The notes beneath the pieces are model-generated. The model made no database searches and was not told the DNA's origin. It was given only the letters and a program-made list of their open reading frames with translations. Position numbers and translations under genes: made by a program. DNA of 63,752 bases, the filler included, from Blastocystis sp. subtype 4 (Eukaryota): NCBI RefSeq assembly GCF_000743755.1. It is 3 parts of 3 records of this genome, joined end to end, with 100 filler letters (N's around TTAATTAATTAA, not from the genome) between each part and the next. Parts side by side here need not be neighbours in the genome. Positions count along the whole stretch, not along the records: positions 16,201 to 43,128 come from NW_014569301.1; positions 43,229 to 63,752 come from NW_014569300.1; 1 more part is not named here. One strand, given 5' to 3'. Below are positions 38,060-51,269 of this stretch, piece by piece. The number at the start of each line of letters is the position of its first letter. The first letter of the stretch is position 1.

Positions 38060-39996
38060 TTAACAACCTTGAAACTTCCAACATGTCATAATTCTTATAA
38101 TACACACTAAGGATCTTCTTGAAGCGTTCCAGATGGACAGGGTCAATCTTCTCTTTCTCAGTTGTGTGAGACTTGTTTCCCTTCTTTTTCTTTTTTCCTT
38201 TCTTCTTCTTTTCAGTTTTTGTTGACTCATCCTACACTTAATACATCTAGACAATTCTACATCATCCCAATGAGCTAATTGATAATCTAAATGAAATACG
38301 GAGCAATTGCAGTTAGAGCAAACGAAACAGTTACATTCACTGCAATGCCTTATTCGACTGTCCTTACAGCTATTATTAAGATTTCATACACAATTCATAC
38401 TAGTAATAGGAATTACAAATTTTGCATTGCCGGAAATACTCATTATAAAACGCACAAGCACGCTTTTTAACCTGAGACTGCATTGTTTCACTTGATTCAT
38501 GTAAAAATGCAATATCCATCTGAGCAATGTAAGGATTCAATTCTCCAGTTAGTTCACCTTTGTGGTCTCCCACACGCTATAGATCAATTTATCACCCCTA
38601 TATGACAATGATGGATTCCAATGCGTCGTATACGTCAGCATTCTGGAGATCATATTGAATCATCGAAAAAAGAATCGGAATAACTCCCTGTTTCACAAAG
38701 AAATCGACTTGCTGGTCATTGCCACATGTAGATCCATTCATAAAGACCCAATATGCTTCACTTTTGACTTCATCAGCTTTGGATGAATGGATTAAAGCAA
38801 TAATTCTCTGGATGCAATTACTATCAATCACTGCTTGAATCTACAATCGATTCATGACATTTCAATTACTTGTTCCACAGTACCTGCGATAATATTACTC
38901 ACAATCCAACATGTTTCTTTCTCGATCTCACTATTATCCAGCTGGAGCATTCGACTCAAATAACGTAATACAAAACAGTCCAGAACGTACTAGACATGAA
39001 TGAAGAGATTTGAAAGTACATCTGTGTAATCGAAATTCTCATTTTCATTTCGGTCTAAAGCAACAACACAACCAACTACATGAAGAGCCGCTGATATGAC
39101 AGAAAGTGATGGATTGCCTAGTAGGAAGATGACAGTGGGAAGAATGCAAGAAGAGATGAGATACTTGACATCAATCCAATAAGACAAACTCACAATAACT
39201 CTATTAGAAAAACAGAAATGAACACTAATTGTCTTGCAAATGGCAACAATCAGATTGCGATCATTCTGTGCATGAAATCGTAATAACGAATGTACAGTTG
39301 AATTTAGATAGCTATTGGCTGCAAGAAGCACCTTGAGACAATCACTGGAACTAATCTCCAAATCACCAGTATATTGGGAGAGACATGTGAATACCGCTTC
39401 AAGGAGCCATACTGAAGAATATTCATTTGTTGCTAATGCAAAAAGAGGTCCGATAATCTCAGGACTCATTAGAGTTTGGTGAATAGATCGTTCGAACTGT
39501 TCTCCTCTTCCAAATTGCTTTGTTGGAGATGCATATTGCTGGACAATACAGCAAAGCAACCGAACTGAATTTACTGTAATCTCTTTCCGATCCTGTGAGA
39601 TATATACTTTCAGAATGTCCAAGATTCCTAGATGACATAACTTGTCCAAATCCTGATTGTAGGAGGAACCAATGAGTACAAAAAGATCAAGTAACTAGTA
39701 ATTACTATTCATTCCATAATAAATACTTCAGAAACAATTTTAGGAGTTCGATTCTTTTGAAGTTGCTGGAATAGAGATGGAAGGAGTTGGTAGGCAGGAC
39801 TTGTATCAACTTTATAATGACTTTTATCAGAATTAATAGAGTCTCGAATACTTTTTATCTGTCTCAAGATCAGTTCTTCAGACGCTCTACACAACTAACT
39901 CCTCAAAAGCAATAGATACAAAGTAGTAGACAATGTTCTAGCACCTGCCTTTTCCGTGTTTCCACTTACAGCAGCATTTGCACCAGCTGCACTCAT
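38060..39996 (-). CDS. Importin-alpha-like ARM-repeat protein with Cys-rich C-terminal domain
   Basis: EKETCWIVSNIIAG, VKSEAYWVFMNGSTCGNDQQV, ALHVVGCVV; tail HCSECNCFVCSNCNC. Confidence 0.65.
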
Positions 39997-40108
39997 TTAT
40001 CCACGTTCTTTAGTCTAATAAGAAGTAAAACCCCTCACTAAGAATATCTGCTAAATATCAATATATTACGCAGCAATCTATGTTCCAACAAACATACTAA
40101 CTAAAGGA

Positions 40109-41726
40109 TCAGTGAATCTTTCGCATAATTTGAGCAATTGAGACTGAACGGTTTCGTAAACAATACCACTTCTGGAGTTTGAAAGAAGCCTTTTCCATCT
40201 TTCCAAAAGGAAGGTGGAAACCATTCGTAGTTTCCTAGTGATCATGAAAACAAGAGAAACTTGACTTGGATACATGTCGAATACCTCAGAGGAAAGCGGA
40301 ACGAAATCTCCGAAGCTGCATTGGCTACAGGTGGGATCTTGTACTTAATCTGCCTTTCATCTCGGAAAATGCGGAAGAGATTTTCATCTTCTTCTGCATT
40401 GAATAAATGATCTCGCATTTGGTCATTTGTGACAAACTACAATTTAACGATCGTATTTAGATCAACCATTCGTGTAGGACTCATCAAGGCCGCATACAGC
40501 CAATACCAATCATCATTACTCCCTTCTCGAACCAGATACAACTGCTTCTCTTTCTGTAAGTTCTATTCAGTGAAATCGATAATAATCCATTACTTCGAGT
40601 ATCCGTAAACCTGGATCCTTCTGTTTCTGTAAGTGATGGAGATGATAGTGATGTAACACAACAAGCGGTTTCATCTCTCGTTCCCTCAATGCATCCGTAA
40701 TCAACTGGATATTTTTAGTACTCAAAGTGACAGGAAACCCAGTCTTCAGTCGGACATTGGCATTCATGAATCCAATATTTGCTCCATCCACAACCACATC
40801 GAATGGCTCAATAGATTTAAGATCCTCTTGGAACTTGAGAAACTGCTGAACACGACGATAGGAAGTGTCTAATTCAGATCGTTCTTCTTCTCCTACCAAC
40901 CATTCCCTCGATACTTTTGCACAGTTTTTGACGTTCCTGTTCCGTCAGTACTTGCTTCGTAAGCAGATGATGACAACAGGAGCAATGATTCCGACTAATT
41001 CTCATTTCATTCAGTTCCCATGATGTATTTCTACTAATCAGAGTAAGCATCCTAGCATACAAAACACAAAACTGCTGGAGTGAAGAAATCACACTGGAGT
41101 CCAGTACGACGTGATCTGTCTTCATTAAGTCACGGAGAGTATTTATTACACCCTGTTCGTCTCCCTTACCTCCATCTAGTTCTTACTCTGATCCTACATC
41201 TACAGTATAGAATCGATTCCTTTCGAGCCTTTTGATTGAGATCTAGTGGACTCGAAGAAACTAATTGATTGACCACATCAATGAGTTCAGAATCATTCGT
41301 CTTCTGTGCTAGCTGTAGTAGTGGTACAACATGTCGGTTTCTTGAAGTGATAAGGAAAAAAAGGAACTACCTTAGCGGAATACCTTCGTGTTGCAATCTA
41401 TGAACCCATTCCATAGCTTCTTGTTTATTCCCGTAACTGGCGCATATCGAAAGAACACAGGAACAAGCATTCTCAGGAACAGAAGATATCTGTTTCATTT
41501 GATTTGCCCATTCATAAAAGATCCTTCGGGAGTTCGGAATATCCGCAACAGAAGAGAGAATCAAGGTGACCAAGTCCCTTTCTTTTATTGCCTCAAGATA
41601 TTCTTACCATTCGATTTGTTGACCATGGAGCAATCGCTGAAACTCCTTATTCAGGACATCCAAATCACCATTTTGCTTTGCCTCCAATAGTCGTTTTCTC
41701 AGTACCCCCCGTTCCTTTCGATCCAT
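40109..41726 (-). CDS. PRORP: Protein-only RNase P (PPR-like repeats plus NYN domain)
   Basis: FDVVVDGANIG, PLVVLH, GSNDDWYWLYAAL, FVTNDQMRDH; Zn ligands CSCC and FHLP..WYC. Confidence 0.9.
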
Positions 41727-41867
41727 TGAACTATTGGAGAACTAATATTCTGATGTATTAGTGAGAATACTGCAATAACAGTATTTTTGGAATACCAGAT
41801 CCAATTCTCGTGATTCTCACGGAATTTATGGATTATTAGCGGGAGGGCAGAATTGTCTCATATAACA

Positions 41868-43046
41868 ATGTCACTTCTTCAATTATCCTCGAAATCGTTT
41901 CTTCTTAGAGAGGCTTTCCCGAGGAACATCCTTTCATCAAGTACACTGTTGCGGATGAGACAAGCAGCAGGAAGATTGAGTACGACCGCTCGTTCAATGA
42001 CCTTTTCTACTCGAGTTGTTTTAAATTCTGTGTTTTCTCGAAATTGTACTGATAGTAAGGTTCTTCGATTTTAGTTTCCTCATTGACTGCGCAAGAGAAG
42101 GAGGCACGGAAAGAGAAACGGAAGGAGGTTTTAGAAGGAAAGAAAGATTCCCTCATTGGTTTGGGCCACAAGTTTAATCAGTTAGGTGGGACAAGGGTTA
42201 TTGTAGCCTATTTTGGATTGTATTGATTGTTGCATCTGATTCATTTCTAGAGAGTTGGCTTGTTGGGCAGGGTTTTATGGACTTTTTAAAGCGGGTTTAC
42301 TTTCCCCTGATACCATAGTAGCTCTTATGAATAAATATGAATTCACTGCACGATTCTCCCATATCATTGCAAATAATCCAAATGTAACCAATTAATGGTT
42401 GTATGATTCCCAGGCAAGTCTTTTGACAGTTGCATATGCTGCAAATAAGGTAATGTAAGAGAATTTGTTGTTGTTGAGGTTTAGTTCTCCTATTCGTATG
42501 GCTGTTATAACTGCCTATGGTACCTATGTTGTAAAGAAGAGAAAGGGTCAAATGAATATGAAGAGTAGAGAGTGTCAATGTGGAGAAGGCAAGGGCCACT
42601 GCAAGAACGGAGAGTGTCAGTGTGGAAAGGAACATTGCAAAAATGGAGAATGTGGATGTGGTGAAGGTAAAGGACACTGCAAGAATGGAGAATGTGAATG
42701 TGGTAAGGATCACTGCAAGAATGGAGAGTGTCAGTGCGGTAAGGATCATTGTAAGGGAGCATGTGGATGTGGAGAAGGTAAAGGACACTGTAAGAATGGA
42801 GAATGTGAATGTGGTAAGGATCACTGCAAGAATGGAGAGTGCCAGTGTGGTGAAGGCAAAGGACACTGTAAGAATGGAGAATGTGGATGTGGAGAAGGGA
42901 AAGGTCATTGTAAGAATGGAGAGTGCCAGTGTGGTGAGGGCAAAGGACACTGTAAGAATGGTGGATGTAAAGAAGGCAAAGGGCACTGCAAACAGAATAA
43001 ATCCAACGAGTATCTTGTTGGTGTGATGGAATACTCTGTTTCCTAA
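41868..43046 (+). CDS. FAM210/DUF1279-like organellar membrane protein with metallothionein-like Cys/His repeat tail
   Basis: Presequence-like N-terminus; spliced (intron 42455-42484) LTVAYAANKVISPIRMAVITAYGTYVVKKR, in frame with the Cys repeats. Confidence 0.7.
42569..42992 (+). repeat. Coding tandem repeat of 33-42-nt units: xCxCG(EG)K[GDE]HCK(N)G, 10 full plus 1 partial
   Basis: Read directly from ORF 42465-43046. Confidence 0.95.
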
Positions 43047-43128
43047 CAAACAGTCCAAATGAATCAACACAAGACTCTCTCCACACCAACACAAGCATAA
43101 CTGTAGTTGGCAGAGTCACTTCCTCCCA

Positions 43129-43228
43129 NNNNNNNNNNNNNNNNNNNNNNNNNNNNNNNNNNNNNNNNNNNNTTAATTAATTAANNNNNNNNNNNNNNNN
43201 NNNNNNNNNNNNNNNNNNNNNNNNNNNN
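43129..43228. other. Scaffold gap with TTAATTAATTAA linker
   Basis: N run with all-frame stop linker. Confidence 0.95.
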
Positions 43229-43599
43229 TCATACTGAGATAACAGAGGGAACATTATAATAATAGTCTGCGCAAATAAGAAATATGTGAGATATCTTATG
43301 AAGTGGAAACGTGGAAATGTGGAAAGAAATGACACATTGAAACCAGGTGATCAGTCAATATTGGTCCTTGTTATGTGGGAAGAAGAAGACACGACATTTG
43401 GAAGGGATGATCTATAAATGATACGATGAGAAAGTGAAAAACCAGCCGTAGTTTACCTAAGTCTAAACCACAAATCCTTGAGAAATCACTGATATAACAA
43501 GTGATGAACTGATAAAGGAGCAGGTAAAATTACAAACAAACAAACACAAATCAATTCTCTATATGTTCATAAGTAATATTAGTCAGACCCATAAAAAGG

Positions 43600-45480
43600 C
43601 TATCCATAGTTGACATTAGAACGAGAACGATTTCCTGATTTGAGTGGACGTTTACGTCTTATTTCGGATGTAATATCATACTTAGGTTGGATAGCATCAA
43701 GGATGCATTGAAATGATTTTAATACACTATCACTAGAAAAATCTGCTTCAGAGGAGTTAGAACCATTTCTAAATGTTTCCAGAGCTTTCGCTGATATAGG
43801 CGCAGATTCCACTTCAACACCAAATTGGGTAGAGAGATCTTGCGGTGAAGATAGGGGTACAGATAGATTGTTGAGAGAGAGTGAAAGCTCGTGAACATCG
43901 TCTTCATCTCCCTGAGGTATGGATATATCGGGTAAAGGATGTTTGCGAGGTCGACCTCGCTTTCTCTTAGGAATAGGTACTTCAGGTTCAGGTAGAGGGT
44001 TCTTACGAGGTCTACCTCGTTTTCTCTTTGGTAAAGGATCGTTAACTGGATACTTCCTGGGTCTTCCAGGTCCTCGTCTGACTGGAGAAACAAGCTTTGT
44101 TTCGATTTCTGATTGCTTGACGGGGTTGGGAATCAGAGAGAGATCAACGTTACGAGGTTCAGTGGTAAACGGAACTTCTGGACCAATGGAGGTTGAAGGA
44201 TAGGATATGTTGGGCAACCCGGAAGGAAGATCATCTTGTAGCATCTTCCAATCGATTTGGACATGATCATTCTCCGACAGAGTTTGCAAAAGTTTGCTTA
44301 GAAAGCAACTTAAACTCTGTATTGTGGGTTTGAGAGAATCAATAAGATGAATTTGAAACATCACATACACAGCCTTGCAAGTAAGTGCCTGCAACACTTC
44401 TTGACGCATCTTCTGGTGTCCACTAGCAGAACTAGAGGCGGATTGGATCCTCTCGACATCAGAACTGATTGAATGAACGAGTTGTTGAATACGTTCAGAT
44501 ACGTTTCCTCCTGTGAGTTCACGAAGACTTGTAGCAAAAGAATCATTTGGATTCGACTCCTTCAGAACAATCTCCACACCCCAGAGAAACAATTGTCGTG
44601 AAGTTTCATCTGCTTATGAACACATCATTTCATTACTACAATTCATTCTTAGTCCAGACATCACAGGTATCACTTCATCCAAACTATGATGCAAATCTTC
44701 AAGAGCAGCTTCACTTAGTTCTTTTCCTGCTGTACTAATGAACAATGCGGTATTCTCTTCCCAAACCGCTTGTAGATCGGGATGTCGAAGTTTGTTTCCA
44801 GATAATGCTTTCGAACTTTCACAACTTGTTTGGTGAGCCCAACGGTAGCGATCATCACAAAAAATATAACCTGAATGGAAGTAGAGGATCTTTTGGAAGA
44901 ACAAAGGAAGGTAGTCTGGACAACCTGAGAAAAGGGTAGTAGAGTGGATATGAGGAATGTAGCAAGATATGTAGTAACCAACTAGTATGAATCATTTCCT
45001 TAAGGAGTACTTGGGAAGTCCTCATTATTCATAGACTCTGCTTTAATTCTAATGCATCCGGGGCAAAAGGGAAATTGGCATTTCCCATGATAATTCAGTC
45101 CTTCATCATGTTCAACAAAGTGTTCATGCTCAATGATACTTTTAACAACAGCTAGCAACAAGTCTAGATTTTCGAATAGGACTAAATGACTAATAACTGT
45201 ATTAATGGTCAGTGTAGAAAATGAGTTGGGATCCTAAGCTAAATCGATGGAAACAGATGTACATGATTTCCGAGAATAACATAGGAGGAATTATCTTGTA
45301 CTTTCAATGTTGTACCAGGAATATACTCGATAGGTTTCTCCTGCCTATAAATGATTCCTCAAAAAATAACTATTTCATTTCCAGTACTGAAGCCATCATT
45401 ATACAGGAATTTGAGATGAAAGTTTAACAAATCGCTAAAAAACGAAAAATAATTGATTATCATAAGAATAGATCTCTGAA
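43600..45480 (-). CDS. AT-hook-containing nuclear protein; start approximate
   Basis: Three hooks: RRGPGRPRK, KRKRGRPRK twice. Confidence 0.65.
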
Positions 45481-45549
45481 TCATCCAACAAGCGATTAAG
45501 AAATAAATAAAATTTCACCTTCAAATACTCTTTCAACAAACAATGTAAT

Positions 45550-48170
45550 TCTTATTCTTTGAAATGTACAAGTTCACAATATCTTGAAGATTCTTTTCTT
45601 GAGCTGGAAACAGCTGCTTCTCTTCTAAAAGACCTTTTGCTTTCCAGTATATTTCTCTTCAAATCACAATACTGTCACATCATTACACTTGATTTTTATA
45701 TCGAGAGGCAATTGTCCAGATTACAGACAACAAGTCCTAATTCTCATAACTTATCTTTATTCAAACATTTGTAGATAGTGTATCCAGATTCTCACCAACT
45801 CGTTTGTAGAGAAATTCGACCAATGCAGGATTAGTTGATGGCGTGAGTGTAGATGCTTTGAGCAGCAAGAGAATATCCTACTAATGATAGCTTTCTGATT
45901 ATCGATACAGAAAGTGGAAAAGAATTGACATTCTTCTGGAATCGAGTTTCAAACAGTCGAACCAGATAAGTAGTAGGTTGGTGAAGGAGAGGAAATGTCA
46001 TTAACAGAAATGAGATAAGCTAGATCAGATTCACTCTCTCAAAGGTACATGTGGTGTGACACGTTCCACATTTCTATAGCACCATTGAACAATCGATGTA
46101 GCTAATGGAGTGACTGTGTTCTGAATACTCTGATTATTGATATGAGGTTTGATTGAGGCCAACTATGTATGATGTGTTTAGTGAATGAAGTACGATGTAT
46201 ATTATATCATACTGAGATACTGAAGATTGATGAGAACAATATAGTGTGAATACTGTGAGCAATTCACATAAAAAGGACACATCAGGCATCTCTGGATAAA
46301 ATGAAGAATACGAACTTACGCATATGCGAAATGCTATAAATTACGGAGGAAAGAGCACGAGAATTGTAGTTCTCTGGATACATCTGGAAGTTGTGCTTAA
46401 TCACATCAACACATAGCTTTGAGTATTTATGGTTCTATGAATAGTAGAAGACGAGAAATGTTACATTCGAAGAATAACGAAGGAAGAGACACAAGAAATT
46501 GCTAGTAACTGCTGTCTTGGTTGAAATTGCATCATAATTCCGAATATACTTCTCGTAGAATTCGGAAGCAATCTCATTCGCACAATCCGAAGTCAATCTG
46601 CGATGAAGAGAAACATAGAATCCCACTTGGTCTTAAGCAATGTACACAGAACCGAAAAACTCTGATCATCGGACAGATTAGATATAAAAGGACGAATGGA
46701 TTTGAGAACCGTTTCAATGGATTCCCGCGGGAAATAGTTGATGTTATTAAATGAAGACAACAAATAAATACGGTTTCCAACAGATAGTCTATGAGTTAGA
46801 TTCACGAATTTATTCGAACTCATCAATCGAACCAAGAATTATGGCGATCAACTTATCTATGGACTCTCTTTCAATTGTATACTTCTGAACTTGTTTGCAA
46901 GACCGCGTATATGAGTACAGAAAACTTAATGCATTCTTCGATGTCACTTCGCTGGTTCTAATTATTACTAGTATTGTGCTTCATGTACCGTGATAAAAAT
47001 GATTTGATGATTGCCTTATTTAACTTTGGAATAAGAACATGACTTTCTGTATATCCGGTAAAAATAGTGGCAATTTCTGGAATTGAAAAATATGGAATAG
47101 CGGTAAGAATAGCAGGAGCTAAGGAAGAAAGACTATGTGTAAGAGAGAAAGGACCCATACACTGCAGATCGATTGGGATATCGAGAGTAGGAAATACAAT
47201 ACACAAGGTTCGATAATCGTGATCTAAAGTGAAGGGAATGGAGTGAAGGTACGGTCGAACATATTTGAGATTTGTCGAATCATGTTGAATGAGTTCCTCA
47301 ATTTGTTTAAACACCGAATAGATCCGATCATCACTGAGAAAGTTGAGCTTCATTGATTCCGACTGATGTGACTCTGTATTGATTCGCATTAGCCCCCAAG
47401 CAACATCACTCATTTCAGAGAGCGTGAAGCTTTGCTTACACTTCATTATCCCATCTACTATGAAAACCACCTCGAATTTGTACCAACGATCTGATTCAAT
47501 AGGTCAGAGTCACCAGAGTAACGAAGTTTCCCAATAGATTTCAACAAGATACTCCATTCAGTAGATGACAATGTTTCAGAGTATTCCATAATTCTGGATA
47601 ATAGAACATCCACAAGATGACAGTTTCCATGCAATAGTTCTCCATTAGTTCCGGTATGGGGTGTGTAGGTACAACCAATACGAGGAAGTGACCAAAAACT
47701 CCGAATTAGGTAATATAGGTTAACAGAAGAGAGCTGTTCAATAGTAATTGTGTTGTTTAAGAAGTTGACAAACCGAGATAAGGTACCATAGAGAGGATTC
47801 GAACGGATTAGGGCAACACCAGGCGAGTAACGCCCACATTCCATCAGAGTCCTCAAATTCTCTTCCAGAGTGCGATCTTCGTAACCCTTTCCAATTAGAC
47901 CATCAGATAATTCAGTACCTGCAATAAATTGATAGCCTCTTCGAATGATGTTACTGTATTGACTTGTTGAAGCAATGGATTCATTTCCTTAGATAAAGGG
48001 TTTGGTTGGGTTCCATCGATAGTTCCATTTACTTCTCCAAAGTGAATAAATCGAGTGGAAGTCTCTGGAATTCTTGCCACCCAAAGCAAGGGTAGGACTC
48101 TTGTCGACTCTCGGATATATACCAAACTTCGATTTCGAAGTACTCCATTCCGGATCACACGAGAGAACAT
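45550..48170 (-). CDS. Organelle-targeted helical-repeat (FASTK/HPR-like) protein; end approximate
   Basis: MFSRVIRNGVLRNRS presequence; repeats LSSTEWSILLKSIGKL, FTLSEMSDVAWGLMRI, FSIPEIATIFTGY, LSSVIYSISHM; AACAAACA at 45535. Confidence 0.5.
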
Positions 48171-48254
48171 ACCCAGTGAATTGAATGTAATGGAGAGTTC
48201 TTGTAAGGAAGTGTATAAACAGTATGAAAACAAACAGGAAAGCAATAGAGCTAC

Positions 48255-49850
48255 TTACTTGCCAAAGTTCTTGAGAGAAATAGATGTACAAATAATCATA
48301 ATGAAAACAGAGATGACCAGCGTAATCATATCCATCCACATGATCCATGACTTAGTTCTATTTCTAAAGAACACGATGTGCATGACAGCAGGGAAGATGA
48401 ATGTCGTCAACACATCGGTGAAATTACCAATGAGACTGAGGACTTGGGAGAACGAAGGAACAACAAGCGCAATGACCGAAATACACACGATCTCAACAAC
48501 ACGAAGAATGATGTATTTCCGTGTCTTGATAAACAGCTTTCCTCGTTCAATCTCTCCCTTCTCAATAGTCTCATTGATAGGTTCCATCCATAGAGGAAAT
48601 CCTCCAGCAACAGTAATGAACATGGCGATGTTCAAGAGAGTTCCCAAAGTGAACTCGGCAGGAAGAGATTGCATGATATTGTCCTTAACACCATTTTCTA
48701 TCAATCATCAAGAATCATGATCACTACCAGAATTCTTATAGTATTGTGAGAGAATGATACCTATAAAGATATAGATCAAGGCCATGAGGGAGATAGAGAC
48801 ACCTGTTGATCGTACCACAGTCTTCCGACAATCACGACGGATATACTTCTAATGATGAGAGAAGAGAAGAAATATGACATATTGAGTGAGTAAAAAGAGG
48901 ATAAATCCCATACAATATACATAGATACCAATATTCTCTAGAAGAGCAGATGCCGATTCTGGCCACAGATCTTTTGCTTCAAATGACGGTTTGTATTTGC
49001 TCATTCCATAACTAAGAATAAGAGAATGAACATGATGGAACATGATAAGAATCAAATATGAAGCAATGATGGCAATCAAACCCGATGAAGAAATAGGAAC
49101 CAACACACTACAAATAACAACAAGAGGAGAGAGCTACGAAGGGTCTTTCAGAAGACATAGGACAATACAAATAATGGTGATGAAGATTTGAATTACGATC
49201 TTGCGAGATGTTTCATTCTTTCCAAAAAATGTCATGTTCTCGAGGAATCCAGCCATAGCAATCTACTATTGAAGATGAGATTCCATCTGTACCACAGAGC
49301 CAATGTTAGATCCATACAATGTGATCAGCGAAAATACGACGTAGAAACGATAACCTCCTGTTCCCAAAACCTAAAGGAGAAACGAATGATTCTTATGTAC
49401 ATTAAAGACCATTTCGGCGTACACATTACTCGTTTGAATCGACTTTAATCCAAGCTATGAATAACCCAAGAAGCACTTCCTCACAATTCGACGATTACCC
49501 ATATTGTTATGGATATCTAACAGTTGGTACGTGGCAATGACCATCATAGCACAGACCATGGCAAAAAGGAGGATAGATGGAATGATACCAACCTAGAGGT
49601 GAATTCAAGACGAATAAATATACTTTTGAGAAAGCATATGGAATAGCAAGTGATCCTGTACCTGCAATACCCTTCATAAGGTTCACACAAAACTAATCGC
49701 ATAAAGAGTACCTTTTACCCTAACCTGAATAGTGTTCATCTTCCCCTTCTCTGATTCTAGATATTCTTCTTCTAAAAGACGATTATCCAATTCACCGCCT
49801 GGAGTCCGCACTTTCTCCACAATCTCTTCTTCATATTCGTCCACACCCAT
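48255..49850 (-). CDS. Amino-acid transporter (Aa_trans, SLC36/38-like)
   Basis: NLMKGIAGTGSLAIPYAF, VPSFSQVLSLIGNF..FIFPA; multiple TM segments. Confidence 0.88.
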
Positions 49851-50261
49851 GATCTAAGTGTTCTATCCACGAATTGATAAGCAAACGACTAATATAAAGC
49901 GTTTATGCAGGGATGCCACATGAGAATTACTAAGATATACTAGAAAAACCGTGGAACTTGTAACATTTCATTTATAGCCTTGTTGCCTTTTCCAAATTAG
50001 TTATATTCTCTACGGAATGAGAGTATCGACAAATAAACCACTACAAAGGGAATTGTGGAGAGATCTGTATTTGAACACTATTCAAATGAAGATAGTTTGT
50101 TCGTGAACTAACTATAGAAGAGTCTTCTAGAGCAGTGATCATAGAGAATGAAGCTGAAAGTGACCAAATGGAAAACGAAGTATAGAAATGCAAAATTGGT
50201 TCATTCATAAGTTATACAGCAAAACAGTTTGATAATAAAGAGTAGTCAAAAATTCACAGTA

Positions 50262-51198
50262 ATGTCGGATTCTTGGAGAAATGACTCATCATCGAGGGCA
50301 AGTGACTCTGTGAAACAATTGGTAGCTAATGAGAAGCGAGGACGAAAATCACAGAAGAGAGTGATTCTTGGGAAGATATTTAATCATTTAGAATCTGGAG
50401 AAGAAAGAACGACAGAAACAACGGTTCCAAGAACGAAGGGAACAACAAGAGGAAGAGGACAATAGTTATCTGCTGAAATATCGTGACCGAGGTGAGTCCA
50501 ATTGCAATTTGATAATATGCAGCAAAAGAACTGAGAGAGTTGGGATATGATAAAGATTACGAAGGCTTATTACCGGAAGATTTCGCACATCTCACAGACG
50601 AAGAGAAGCAATTGCTTGGTGGAGATGTGTCAAGGACACATCTTGTGAAGGGACTCGATATGGTACTGTTGGAGAGAGTAATGATCATATTTTGTTGTCA
50701 CAGTAGAGACGGAGAGAAATCGCTGAAGAAGAAGAAAAGAAGAGGAAAGCCGAGGAGATGATGAATGAAATGAAGCTAAATATCCGAAGTTTTAATACTC
50801 CAATGGCGGAAAATATCCATACAATTCTATTTGATTCTCAAGAACGACTGGAAAATATGAATCAAGTAACGTAGGAACTTCGAATTGCAGTGACACGTAG
50901 AGAAGTCCGAGAAGCCTTTTTGAAGGGCAAAACTAACTATTCGCTTCATCTTGCAGGTGATGAAGACAGTCTCTTTTCAATTCCTGTAATAACAATTCGG
51001 AGTAAACAGGACTGTCCCAACTTTTCGTCGGATATGCTGTACATACCTCCAACCACACTTCTTGAAGAGATTTCTCGGTCGATGGCAAATGCCGGATTTA
51101 CACAAAAGACACGAAAGCGAAAGCAGAGACACGAGATCAAGGCAGTAGATGCAGAACTCGATATGTTTGCTGATTCGTTTGTTTCTTTCAAACAGTAA
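50262..51198 (+). CDS. RED/IK-like spliceosomal protein (RED_N only); may end at T51175 plus poly(A)
   Basis: KYRDR..KELRE, LLGGDVSRTHLVKGLDMVLLER, SIPVITIRSKQDCP. Confidence 0.8.
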
Positions 51199-51269
51199 AT
51201 CCTTTTCGATTCCCTTTTCCATAAATTCGCTTCAGTAGATAATCAATGTCTGTTTGGAACTTATAGGTA

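Noticed and set aside
42297..43119. Antisense or alternate-frame ORFs, or a CRISPR-like array, at the Cys repeat
   Set aside because: Units vary at synonymous sites and by in-frame indels with no unique spacers, so this is a coding repeat
46100..46400. TGATG/CTGA-rich stretch as a snoRNA cluster
   Set aside because: It parses as minus-strand exons and GT-AG introns of the helical-repeat gene
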